Assembly: GCA_003452475.1 (NCBI GenBank)
Contig: DMOB01000259.1
Span: 1-29,415 of the forward strand
DNA length: 29,415 bases
DNA from: Acidimicrobiaceae bacterium
Lineage (GTDB): Bacteria; Actinomycetota; Acidimicrobiia; Acidimicrobiales; Poriferisodalaceae
Reading direction: 5' to 3'
Every line of letters starts with the position of its first letter. Positions within the stretch are counted from its first letter, which is position 1. Shown here one piece after another: positions 1 through 9,110 of the stretch. Made by a program: the position numbers and the translations under genes. A model generated the notes under the pieces. That model saw nothing but the letters and a program-made list of their open reading frames with translations. It had not been told where the DNA came from and did not search any database.

Positions 1-33
1 GACCAACTTCGAGAAGCGGGAATAGTTGGATAG
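1..33 (+). CDS. 3' end of an upstream gene (partial; ...DQLREAGIVG*), possibly a family III CoA-transferase C-terminus
   Basis: Frame 1 is open from base 1 to TAG at 31-33. The peptide resembles the LxxxGV/I tail common at CaiB/BaiF C-termini, but only 10 codons are visible. Confidence 0.3.
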   Translation, partial: DQLREAGIVG

Positions 34-82
34 CTATCGGTAATCGCACACAATTGTCCCATCGGAGTGAGATCATGTTTCT

Positions 83-1285
83 ATGGATATTGTGTTAGTG
101 GTAGTAGTTTTGCTTTTAGCAGCAACTGTAGTGACTCTTGTCCTGCGGCTGAACAGGGAATCTGTGTCAGTCCCAGCTCCGGAGATAAAAGTGGATACAA
201 CTAGTCTGGTAACTGCAGTGAAAGAGGCTGTCGATGCTCAAGTCCAGAGTTCAGCGCGCGGGGCACTTGAGCACAACGCAAAACAAGCAGATGCATTGCT
301 TGGACAGCGCGGAGAAACTCTCAAAGAAGAAACAAAAAATCTGTTACGTCCTATTAGCGAGCAGATGAACCAGTTAAAAGAATCAGTAGGTCAGCTCCAA
401 TCCTCATACGAAAAAGAACAAGGAACTGTTAGCCAGCTGAAAGAATCTTTAGTAGAGCAGATCAGTGGTTTACAAGGTGTTACTACGGCTTTGGCTGGCG
501 CTCTGAAGTCACCCTCAGCTCGTGGCGCTTGGGGGGAGAACCAGCTAAAAAACATCATCGAGTTGTCAGGTATGGACGAACATTGTGACTTTAATCTTCA
601 ACATACGGCCCGTGGCGACCAAGGCGTTCAGCGACCGGATGTAACAGTCCGCCTTCCAGGTGATGCATATTTAGTAGTGGATTCTAAGGTCCCACTATCA
701 GCTTACCTTCGGATGCAGGAAGCCTCAGACACTGAAGGTCGTGATGCAGCTTTAGATGATCATGTGCGCGCCGTCAAGTCTCATGTTAAATCATTAGCGG
801 ACAAAAAATATTGGGACTTGTTTCCTAATGCTCCCGATTTTGTAGTGATGTTTGTACCAGGGGAGTCATTTCTAGCTGACGCAGCTCGTCACGATGCGGG
901 GCTAGTCGAGGAATCAATGCGTATGAGAGTTTTACTTGCTTCGCCGACGGCGTTAATGGCGTTATTGTTAGCTGCGTCGCGAGGTTGGCAGACCAATCAA
1001 CTGGCTGAGAATGCTCGTGCAGTTGAACAAGAAGGCCGGGAACTTCATCAGCGAGTTGGAAAGGTCCTGAGTGCAATGTCGAAGACTGGCCGATCTCTAG
1101 AATCAGCGACCAAGGCTTATAACGAGATGGTGGGGAGCGTCGAAAGCAGAGTTATGCCGAGTATGCGAAGGTTGGCAGAGTTTGGAATCAGTTCCGAAGC
1201 TCTTCCCGATATTCCTGCAATAGATAGCAATCCGCGACAAATATCATCGCCGGAACTGAACAGTGAAGATTCTAAGAATAGCTAG
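83..1285 (+). CDS. rmuC: DNA recombination protein RmuC
   Basis: N-terminal hydrophobic anchor and coiled-coil region, then RmuC motifs RGAWGE-QL, RPD-V-LP, VVDSKVP, DFVVMFVPGE and SPTALMALL. Confidence 0.93.
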   Translation: MDIVLVVVVLLLAATVVTLVLRLNRESVSVPAPEIKVDTTSLVTAVKEAVDAQVQSSARGALEHNAKQADALLGQRGETLKEETKNLLRPISEQMNQLKESVGQLQSSYEKEQGTVSQLKESLVEQISGLQGVTTALAGALKSPSARGAWGENQLKNIIELSGMDEHCDFNLQHTARGDQGVQRPDVTVRLPGDAYLVVDSKVPLSAYLRMQEASDTEGRDAALDDHVRAVKSHVKSLADKKYWDLFPNAPDFVVMFVPGESFLADAARHDAGLVEESMRMRVLLASPTALMALLLAASRGWQTNQLAENARAVEQEGRELHQRVGKVLSAMSKTGRSLESATKAYNEMVGSVESRVMPSMRRLAEFGISSEALPDIPAIDSNPRQISSPELNSEDSKNS

Positions 1286-1288
1286 GCC

Positions 1289-2176
1289 TCAGCTAAGACT
1301 GTTAGCTGCTTCAACGAACGGCTCGATGCGGGTTAAGTTGCTATCGAGATGTTTCAGTCCTTGTCTGAGGAAAGGGATTAAAAGCTGAGTCACGCCAGCT
1401 TCTTTATACGCTTCAACTAACGCCGGGTCTATGGTGTCATCAATAGCACCAATATGGATTTCTATCTCTGATATATCTCGGTTTTCTTCTGCCATGAACT
1501 TCGCAAGCCTATCGATGAGGCTTTTGCTTTCTGAAGGAGAAAGGTTGATTCCGTACCAGCCTGACCCGTACCGCGCGGTGCGTTTGAGAGCAGCATCGGA
1601 ATGTCCGCCCACTGTTATCGGCACCATTGGCTTTTGTACCGGTTTTGGATACACCCTGCATGGAGCCAATTGGTACATGTCACCATAGAAAGAACTGACT
1701 TCATCAGTCCAACATGAAGTAATTACTTCGAGATATTCATCGCAACGTTTACCTCGGTTAGGCCATGGCGCACCGAGCGCCTCAAACTCTTCCCAACTCC
1801 ATCCGACACCTACCCCGAAATCAAGGCGACCACCGCTTAAAAAATCGAGAGTTCCGTACTCTTTGGCTACATAAACTGGATTGTTTTGAGGGAGTATACA
1901 AATACCGGTGCCAAGCCTAAGAGTCTTTGTGCAGGCAGCGAGAAATCCTATGCTGCTGACCATGTCCATCAATCCGCTTCCCTCAGGGAATCGGAAAACA
2001 CCATCACTGCTACCCGGGTATTTTGAGTCATACTGGTCAAAAGTAACTACATGTTCCCCTAACCAAAATGAGTTAACCCCCATGGATTCGGAGCCTTGCG
2101 CAAACTCACGTAAAAATTCGGGAGTTGCTGCCGGTGAACGAAGCGGCGTGAACAATCCTATTTTCATAGAACTCAA
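1289..2176 (-). CDS. LLM-class probable F420-dependent oxidoreductase (Rv2161c/TIGR03619-like); start may be ATG at 2167
   Basis: WLGEHVV, LRLGTGICILPQNNP, SGGRLDFGVGVGWSWEEF, PKPVQKP-PI-VGGHS-AA-R-A-YG-GW. The TTG at 2176 overlaps the P450 stop codon. Confidence 0.88.
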   Translation of the reverse strand: MSSMKIGLFTPLRSPAATPEFLREFAQGSESMGVNSFWLGEHVVTFDQYDSKYPGSSDGVFRFPEGSGLMDMVSSIGFLAACTKTLRLGTGICILPQNNPVYVAKEYGTLDFLSGGRLDFGVGVGWSWEEFEALGAPWPNRGKRCDEYLEVITSCWTDEVSSFYGDMYQLAPCRVYPKPVQKPMVPITVGGHSDAALKRTARYGSGWYGINLSPSESKSLIDRLAKFMAEENRDISEIEIHIGAIDDTIDPALVEAYKEAGVTQLLIPFLRQGLKHLDSNLTRIEPFVEAANSLS

Positions 2177-3426
2177 GTGCTTTCGGCTGTTGCGCTGTTT
2201 CTTTTGACCGCATCGTCGTGACTAGTTTCCCAAGTTAGAGGGATAGAACGTGGTCCTCTTACTGGGCCGCCTGCCCATGTGACCTTATTAGAATCAGTCA
2301 ATTCAAATTCTGGAACTCTCTTAAGCCATTCTTCTAAAGCGACTTTGATCTCCATGCGTGCGAGGTTAGATCCGAGACAACGGTGAATACCTAATCCGAA
2401 AGCTGAATGCCTATTGACTTCTCGATTGATCTGAAATTCTTCGGCATCAGCTAAAAATTCCGGATCACGGTTAGCTGAAGCGAAAGGAAGCATGACTCGC
2501 TGCCCTGGACACAGTGTTGTTCCTGAAATTTCAACCTCGTTTGTAACTACTCTGGCCATAGAAACGGGAGAATAGAAACGCAAAAACTCTTCGACTGCGG
2601 CATCCATGGCTTCGGGGTCATTAACTAACCGGCTCCTGTCCTCACTGTTTTGGCTTAAGTGAAGAATAGACGAACCGATCGTTCCCCAGGTCGTGTCTAT
2701 CCCGGCGAGAAGTAATAAAAAAAGCCCTCCGCTAATCTGCCTATCATCGAGAGGTTTCCCGTTCATGTCTGCTTCAAGTAGATAAGTTAAAATATCGTCA
2801 CGGGGATCATTTCTTCGTGATTCAATAAAAGTTCCAAAATATTCAAAAACTTCAGAAGTTGCTTTTGCAGCTAATTTGACGTCTGTTGGCCCGGCTTCAA
2901 GAAGCTCGTAAACCCACCTTCTGAACATGTCTCCATCTTTTTCGGGTATCCCAATCATTCTTGCGATTACTTTTACAGGAATATGTTTGGCATAACTTTC
3001 GCTCGCATCGCAAGACCCATTTTCAGCGAACTCATCCAGTAACTCGTTACAAATATCGCGTGTTATCGGTAGCCATTTTTCAATGGCCTTTGCGGAGAAT
3101 GCTGGAAGCAACACGCGCCTATGATCCTGATGATCGGGTGGATCTGAAGTTATTGGAGGTGAGCTAAACGAACCAAGGTCTTCAACTCGAACGTCACTAA
3201 TAATTACTGATTTGGATGAAAAATTTTCAGTATCGTGGGCTATGGCAGAAATATCTTCATGCTTAGTAGGTAGATACACTCCGTTGAAACGGTCGGTGTG
3301 TGCGATTGGACAGCCACTCTCGCGGATATCTTTCCAAATCGGGTACGGATCGGTCAGATACTCTTCGTGATAGGGATCGAAGTCATTTGCCCAGTCAGTC
3401 ACGTCTGGACGATTTGGTGTGTTCAT
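2173..3426 (-). CDS. Cytochrome P450 (soluble bacterial type)
   Basis: I-helix AGIDTT, K-helix EEFLR (ExxR), heme motif FGLGIHRCLG, and DPPDH-HRR. SD-like GGGAG lies upstream of the ATG. Confidence 0.97.
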   Translation of the reverse strand: MNTPNRPDVTDWANDFDPYHEEYLTDPYPIWKDIRESGCPIAHTDRFNGVYLPTKHEDISAIAHDTENFSSKSVIISDVRVEDLGSFSSPPITSDPPDHQDHRRVLLPAFSAKAIEKWLPITRDICNELLDEFAENGSCDASESYAKHIPVKVIARMIGIPEKDGDMFRRWVYELLEAGPTDVKLAAKATSEVFEYFGTFIESRRNDPRDDILTYLLEADMNGKPLDDRQISGGLFLLLLAGIDTTWGTIGSSILHLSQNSEDRSRLVNDPEAMDAAVEEFLRFYSPVSMARVVTNEVEISGTTLCPGQRVMLPFASANRDPEFLADAEEFQINREVNRHSAFGLGIHRCLGSNLARMEIKVALEEWLKRVPEFELTDSNKVTWAGGPVRGPRSIPLTWETSHDDAVKRNSATAEST

Positions 3427-3437
3427 TCTGGCTCCCT

Positions 3438-3455
3438 TATAACCGCGCCGTTATA
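3438..3455. promoter_or_regulatory. Candidate operator: 18-bp near-perfect palindrome TATAACCGCGCCGTTATA
   Basis: 8 of 9 positions pair. It lies immediately upstream of the P450 ribosome-binding site, in the divergent P450/CoA-transferase intergenic region. Confidence 0.4.
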
Positions 3456-3620
3456 TCCCATTGGCAACATCTCATTAAAATAGTAGTCGATCGATGCACA
3501 AAGTGCCCCAACTATTGAAGAAGTCGGCTAAATGGTTTGCCAGATGATCATGGGGTGATTAATAGTTGTAACGGGGGCGTCGCAATTTGTTTAAGGCGCG
3601 ATGACGAGGGGAATAAGAAC

Positions 3621-4901
3621 TTGGGTTCTGCAGATTTATCAAATGGTCCATTAACCGGACTTAAAGCTCTCGATATGACAGTTGCTGTCCAAGGGCCGCA
3701 CGTTGGGGCATTTCTTAGCGATATGGGCGCAGAAGTGATAAAAGTTGAACCTCCTGGCGGGGAGCTAAACCGTTATGCGCGCGGTCCAGGTTTTGACTTT
3801 GACATGGATGTAATGGGCAGCCAACAGGTAGCTATGAATCGAGGTAAAAAGTCAATAGCTTTAGATGCTCACGGCGAGTTAGGTCAGCGGGTTCTTCATG
3901 AGCTAATAAAAGAGTCTGACATATTTGTAACAAATTATCGCTCAGAAGCACTGGAAAGAATGAGCTTAGATTACGAACATTTACGAAAGTTAAATGATCG
4001 TCTGATTTATGGCAGAGTGTCAGGATTCGGTCCGAAGGGACATGATGCCAACAAAGCGATGTTGGATGGAGCAGCTCAAGCTCGTGGAGGTTTGGCCGCA
4101 ATCTCGGGTTCTGCTGATGGGCCCCCTATGCCGCCCGGAGCAGCGATAGCTGATCATTCAGGTGCCATGCAACTGACTTTAGGTATTATGACTGCATTGT
4201 TCGCTCGTGAACGCACTGGTAGGGGACAAGAAGTAAATACGTCAGCATTGGGCACAATGATGTGGTTGCAATCTTGGGAGCTAACCCATACAGCAATGAC
4301 CGGCATCACTTTGGGACGTGATGGGCAGCATAACCCAAGTATTGCTAGCCCGTATGGTGTGTACCAGGCCTCCGATGGTGGGTCTTTCTTGTTGGCTGTG
4401 GCTATGTCAGACGAGTCATGGGATGAGTTTCTCGTGTTTGGTGGAAAGCCCGAGTTGGTCTTAGACAGCAGGTGGAACACAGGAGCTAAGCGAATAGGAA
4501 TTCTCGGGGATGGCGATGGTGTTGTTGAAATCCGAGCTGCGTTGAGCGAAGCATTTAAGACACGCACCACCGAAGAATGGGATATTTTCTTTAAACAACA
4601 ACCAGAAATCATCTATGAGCGAGTCCAGGGCTACAAGGAGCTATTAGGAGATCCTCAAGCTGAAGCTAATGGCTATATTGCCGAGATAGATGTACCGAAT
4701 TATGGGAAAACCAAAGTGGTCACCAACGTGGTGCAATTGAGCGACACACCAGGATTGGGAGCGACACTTCCCCCACCGGAACTAGGTGAACACACATCTG
4801 AGATCATGGTTTCTTTGGGTTTTTCACCAGAAGAGGTCGCGGAAGTACTTGCTCCAATAGAAGCTGCTGCAGCTGAAATAATTGGTTTAGTGATTTCTTG
4901 A
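3621..4901 (+). CDS. Family III (CaiB/BaiF) CoA-transferase; start revised from 3537 to TTG 3621
   Basis: GPLTGLKALD, GAEVIKVEPP-G, NRGKKSIALD, D-FVTNYR, catalytic Asp region AIADHSGA, PELGEHT. SD GAGGGG lies 9 nt before the in-frame TTG at 3621. Confidence 0.93.
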   Translation: MGSADLSNGPLTGLKALDMTVAVQGPHVGAFLSDMGAEVIKVEPPGGELNRYARGPGFDFDMDVMGSQQVAMNRGKKSIALDAHGELGQRVLHELIKESDIFVTNYRSEALERMSLDYEHLRKLNDRLIYGRVSGFGPKGHDANKAMLDGAAQARGGLAAISGSADGPPMPPGAAIADHSGAMQLTLGIMTALFARERTGRGQEVNTSALGTMMWLQSWELTHTAMTGITLGRDGQHNPSIASPYGVYQASDGGSFLLAVAMSDESWDEFLVFGGKPELVLDSRWNTGAKRIGILGDGDGVVEIRAALSEAFKTRTTEEWDIFFKQQPEIIYERVQGYKELLGDPQAEANGYIAEIDVPNYGKTKVVTNVVQLSDTPGLGATLPPPELGEHTSEIMVSLGFSPEEVAEVLAPIEAAAAEIIGLVIS

Positions 4902-4956
4902 AAAAGCTCCTACCCGAGCGGCTATTATGTGAGATACATAACGCTGGGGGGCGTAA

Positions 4957-6663
4957 ATGGCATACGACATAGTTATAAGAAACGGAACTGTAATAGACGG
5001 GACTGGTGGAAAAAGTCGATCAGCCGACATTGGAATCGTAGATGATCGAATCGTCGAAGTTGGTGAATGCAGAGCTGAAGCCGAGAGCGTAATTGATGCG
5101 TCGGGCCGGATTGTTACACCAGGATTTGTTGATATCCACACTCACCTCGATGCGCAGCTTGCGTGGGACCCAATCGGAACGGTGTCTTGCTGGCATGGCG
5201 TTACCTCAGCTGTAATGGGTAACTGTGGAGTTACATTTGCTCCCTGCAAACCGGAAGATCGCAGTTTCTTAGCTGAAGTAATGGAGTCAGTTGAAGATAT
5301 ACCTGCTACAGCAATTTTAGAGGGTTTGCCCTGGGACTGGCGAACCTTTGGTGAATATCTAGATTCATATGAGCGCATGCCAAAGGGGCTGAACGTCGGT
5401 GGAATGGTTGGGCACTGTTCGGTTCGGCTAATGGCCATGGGTGATCGTGCTATCGATGAGCACCACGCAAATGCTCAAGACATTGCGAAAATGTGCGATT
5501 TAGTTGAAGAGAGCATGGAAGGTGGAGCACTAGGATTTTCTACATCGAGAACCTATTTGCACCAGACACCTGACGGAAGAGAAGTGCCTGGCACTTGGGC
5601 TCACCCGGAGGAGTTGCTTGCTATCGGTGAAGTAATGGGTCGCTTAGGCAAAGGAATTTTTGAAGCAGCAGTAGATAACGATCGAAAGCTGCACGGAATG
5701 GTCGGTATAGCCGACCGTTCCATCATTGATCGCGAAGTTGAGTGGATGAAAGAACTATCTCTGAGAACCGGTCGACCAGTTACATTCGGTTTTGTACAAA
5801 ACAGGTCTGATCCAAGTGCGTGGGAGTACTGGCTGGAACTAGTCGAACGTGCGAACGAAGATGGTGCATTGATATACCCACAAACAACTAGCCGAGGAAT
5901 TGGAGTGTTATTCGGCGTAGCTAACAGAACGCCATTTGATAATTGCTCTCGAGAGTGGAGAACTTTGCGAGGTCTGTCTTGGCAAGAGAAAATTAAAAAA
6001 CTTGGAGATAATTCCTTTAAGAACCAACTTGTGCTTGATGCCACGAAGACGCCTTCCAAACTTGATCTGGCAGGAATATATAGGTTGGATACTAGCCGAG
6101 TGGAATATGAGGCTGACCCATCAGAGTCGTTGCTTGCCCATGCTCAAACTAGAGGCGTATCACCCGCCGAAGCCTTCATAGATATGGCCCTAGAAACTGA
6201 AGGCCGCGGTCTTTGGAACTATCCATTTTTAAATTTTGATTTTGATGCGATTGAGTCAAAACTCAAGCATCCTGACGTAGTTCTTGGTATTGGCGACGCA
6301 GGTGCACACGTTGGGCAAATACAAGATGCCAGTCAGTCAACATATTTCTTAACAAGGTGGACTCGCGATAGTAAAACTTGGGAAGTCGAAGAAGCGGTAA
6401 AAATGTTGACGTCTGAAGGGGCCGATCTTTTCGGCTTCAAAGACCGCGGAAGAATACGTGAGGGTTCCTATGCGGATGTAAACATTATTGACTTCGAAAA
6501 TCTTGCTATTCACGCACCTGAGTTTGTTTATGATTTTCCTAATGGCGCCGGTCGCTATGTCCAAAAAGCTTCTGGATACGACCTAACACTAGTTAATGGG
6601 CAAATTTTCATGAGAGATGGTGAACACCAAGGGCCGCTCGCTGGAAGAGTCATCCGCAGCTGA
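4957..6663 (+). CDS. N-acyl-D-amino-acid deacylase family amidohydrolase
   Basis: YDIVIRNGTVIDGTG, PGFVDIHTH, GVTSAVMGNCG, GALGFSTSR, DAGAHV, RGRIREGSYAD-NI-D, G-LAGRVIR. GGGGGG SD upstream. Confidence 0.92.
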   Translation: MAYDIVIRNGTVIDGTGGKSRSADIGIVDDRIVEVGECRAEAESVIDASGRIVTPGFVDIHTHLDAQLAWDPIGTVSCWHGVTSAVMGNCGVTFAPCKPEDRSFLAEVMESVEDIPATAILEGLPWDWRTFGEYLDSYERMPKGLNVGGMVGHCSVRLMAMGDRAIDEHHANAQDIAKMCDLVEESMEGGALGFSTSRTYLHQTPDGREVPGTWAHPEELLAIGEVMGRLGKGIFEAAVDNDRKLHGMVGIADRSIIDREVEWMKELSLRTGRPVTFGFVQNRSDPSAWEYWLELVERANEDGALIYPQTTSRGIGVLFGVANRTPFDNCSREWRTLRGLSWQEKIKKLGDNSFKNQLVLDATKTPSKLDLAGIYRLDTSRVEYEADPSESLLAHAQTRGVSPAEAFIDMALETEGRGLWNYPFLNFDFDAIESKLKHPDVVLGIGDAGAHVGQIQDASQSTYFLTRWTRDSKTWEVEEAVKMLTSEGADLFGFKDRGRIREGSYADVNIIDFENLAIHAPEFVYDFPNGAGRYVQKASGYDLTLVNGQIFMRDGEHQGPLAGRVIRS

Positions 6664-6746
6664 TCTAGCTGTCACAAATTTTCTGACTAAAAACTTCACC
6701 GGACAAGGCATTTCTGAGCATTAGAGCAATACTTTTGTGACAACAC

Positions 6747-6752
6747 TACTGT
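6747..6752 (+). promoter_or_regulatory. Putative -10 box (TACTGT) of a leaderless transcript
   Basis: TANNNT hexamer exactly 6 nt before ATG 6759, with no SD sequence. Confidence 0.45.
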
Positions 6753-6758
6753 CAGCTT

Positions 6759-7823
6759 ATGCCAAAAATATTTACACAAATAGTCGCTCGGCCCGATTCC
6801 AGTAGGACAGCTCGGCGCATAGAAGAACAAGGATTTGACGGAATCTCATTTGTCGATTCACAAAATCTTTCTGGAGACGTTTATGTAGCAATGGCTACAG
6901 CGGCGGTCGCGACGGAGACTCTCGAGCTTTCGACAGGAGTTACAAACCCTGTGACTCGCCACCCAGCAGTAACTGCAAGCGCAATTGGAAGCGTGCAACG
7001 CGTCGCTGGTGATCGAGTTCAGTTAGGAATTGGACGTGGGGATTCTGCCTTGGCTCACATCGGCCGCAGCCCGGCTCGTGTTATTGATTTCGAGCGATAT
7101 CTAATAGCAGTTCAAAAGTATTTAAAGGGCGAAGAGGTTTTATTTGAAGATCTAAAATTCGGGGAAACAGTATCGCGAGGAGTTGATGAACTTGGACTAG
7201 CGGCATCAGCGATCGCGAGTCAAATAAACTGGCTTCCTGGAAGGCTAGGAAAAGTTGATGTAGAGGTCGCCGCCACCGGTCCGAAAGTAATTTCAGCAGC
7301 AGCTCGCCACAGCGACCGAATTATGTTTGCTTTGGGTGCTGATCATGAGCGAATCAAATGGGGAATAGAAATTGCTCGCAAAGCTAGAAAAGACGAGGGG
7401 CTAGATCCAGACGAGATTGACTACGGAGCTTATGTAAATATCATTTGCCATTCGAATTTAGAAAAGGCCCGCGAGCTTGTGCGTGGAGGTTTGTCTACGT
7501 TCGCTCGATTCTCCGTTATGCACGGAGAAGTTGTAGGCCCTATTTCCTCTGAGGACGAAAAGGTAATGAATGAATTACATGAGAGGTACGATATGAGGAG
7601 TCATACTCGGGCCGACTCTGATCAAGCATCTCTGCTATCTAATGATTTTGTAGATAACTATTCAATCGTAGGCGCACCCGACCGTTGTATCGAGCGCATC
7701 CAAAAACTCAGTGATCTCGGTCTAGACAAATTTATTTTTGTGGGCGCAACCCTAGGTTCCGACCAAAATGCGGCAGCTGAATCTGATGCGTTGATAGCTA
7801 AAGAGGTTGTCGCAAATTTATAA
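6759..7823 (+). CDS. LLM-class (Mer-like) flavin/F420-dependent oxidoreductase
   Basis: GFDGISFVDSQ, LELSTGVTNPVTRHPAVTA, LGIGRGDS, AATGPK, IVGAPDRC. Confidence 0.9.
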   Translation: MPKIFTQIVARPDSSRTARRIEEQGFDGISFVDSQNLSGDVYVAMATAAVATETLELSTGVTNPVTRHPAVTASAIGSVQRVAGDRVQLGIGRGDSALAHIGRSPARVIDFERYLIAVQKYLKGEEVLFEDLKFGETVSRGVDELGLAASAIASQINWLPGRLGKVDVEVAATGPKVISAAARHSDRIMFALGADHERIKWGIEIARKARKDEGLDPDEIDYGAYVNIICHSNLEKARELVRGGLSTFARFSVMHGEVVGPISSEDEKVMNELHERYDMRSHTRADSDQASLLSNDFVDNYSIVGAPDRCIERIQKLSDLGLDKFIFVGATLGSDQNAAAESDALIAKEVVANL

Positions 7824-7841
7824 CCAATAGCTTAAATTTAG

Positions 7842-8975
7842 TTACTTAAATAACGCTTGGGAGTAAGTATGAGATGCATGATCCCATGTTAAAACAGCGT
7901 GACTTCGTGCCGCATGAACGTCACGCCATATTCGCTGCATCAGCTCGGCGCTAGAAAGAGCGCTTCCGCCGCTTGCTTCAAAAAGTCGATCAACGGAATT
8001 AGCCAAAAGTCGGACTGCAAACCCACAATCTCTAACAATGACAGCATTATCTAACGCATCTACCTCACCAGCTACACCTAACAGATCTAGCTGCTTTGCG
8101 GCATGATAGAGCATCAACTCTGCCGCTTGAACTTCTGCCGATGATTCGGCAAGCCTATTAAGAGCGAGAGGATCATTGAGCTGTGTGGTTTTTAATGCGA
8201 CTAAGACGTGGCTATCCATGCGCTCTTGAAACCGTCTTATTGCAGCTTTAGCTGCACCAATTAGCGGTGCAGCTAGAACAAGTATCGCTGTAGTTCGCCA
8301 CGGTGTCATATATAGCGGATGACCATAAAGTTTCTGTCCAGGAGATTCCCGGTTCATAGATTCAGACACATGAAGAACCCTGTGGGCGGGCACCAGGACC
8401 TCATCAGCGATAACCAACTCCTTAGAACCGGTTCCTCTGAGGCCGCTTACTTCCCATGATTGATGGTCTATGGAAATAGAGTCCTTTGGCAACATACAAA
8501 TAACAGGCGAAGGTGTCTTATCTCCTATGAGCCCACCGACTCCGAGCCACGAAGCATGATCGCACCCAGACCCAAAACTAAACCTCCCGGAGACTAAGAC
8601 ATCTTGGCCTACTGCCTTGAATTTTGTTTTTGGAACTATTGATGCGCTGATTAAGGTTCTTGGATCTTCCCAAAAATCATGCTGTCCCTCTGCAGGGAAA
8701 TGAGACGCCATCCAATTATGTGCGCTCCAGACACCAAGGCACCATGCAGTTGACATGCAATACTCTCCAGCGACAGCGACAGCCCGCATATGATCTTCGA
8801 TAGACGACTGAGCACCTCCGAAGTTAAAAGGCTGCGTGAGTCTATGAGCCCCGATCTGTCGAATTTCCTCAGCATTTGCTGGATCAATGCTCCCACGAGA
8901 TTCGGCACCAAGAGATCTCTCTTTCCAAGCGGGACCGGCTAATCGAATATCACTGACTATCTGATCTAGGTCCAC
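7842..8975 (-). CDS. Acyl-CoA-dehydrogenase-fold flavin-dependent monooxygenase, oxygenase component (HsaA/HpaH C2-like)
   Basis: QPFNFGG, C-STAW, SGRFSFGSGCDHASW, W-VSGLRGTGS, QRIWRDVHAARSH. Confidence 0.88.
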   Translation of the reverse strand: MDLDQIVSDIRLAGPAWKERSLGAESRGSIDPANAEEIRQIGAHRLTQPFNFGGAQSSIEDHMRAVAVAGEYCMSTAWCLGVWSAHNWMASHFPAEGQHDFWEDPRTLISASIVPKTKFKAVGQDVLVSGRFSFGSGCDHASWLGVGGLIGDKTPSPVICMLPKDSISIDHQSWEVSGLRGTGSKELVIADEVLVPAHRVLHVSESMNRESPGQKLYGHPLYMTPWRTTAILVLAAPLIGAAKAAIRRFQERMDSHVLVALKTTQLNDPLALNRLAESSAEVQAAELMLYHAAKQLDLLGVAGEVDALDNAVIVRDCGFAVRLLANSVDRLFEASGGSALSSAELMQRIWRDVHAARSHAVLTWDHASHTYSQALFK

Positions 8976-8981
8976 GCCCCA

Positions 8982-8987
8982 AACATA
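8982..8987 (-). promoter_or_regulatory. Putative -10 box (TATGTT) of a leaderless transcript
   Basis: TANNNT hexamer 6 nt before the GTG start at 8975 on the minus strand. Confidence 0.4.
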
Positions 8988-9110
8988 GGGTAAGTAAACC
9001 CAAATTTCGAGTCAGGATTAGTGATAAGAGCGCAAACTACCTTAACGAAGTAGAATTTACAGTTGACCAGATAAGAAGCTTGAGCAATAGAAAATAAGAG
9101 CGGGGATGAA

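Noticed and set aside
3506-3568. Long-range pairing (CAACTATT/AATAGTTG, CCCCA/TGGGG) as a riboswitch or sRNA
   Set aside because: The short arms are compatible with chance, and I recognise no known aptamer consensus. An Rfam/Infernal scan would be needed.
3537-3620. N-terminal extension of the first CoA-transferase (track start 3537)
   Set aside because: Family similarity begins near GPLTGL, and an SD precedes the in-frame TTG at 3621.
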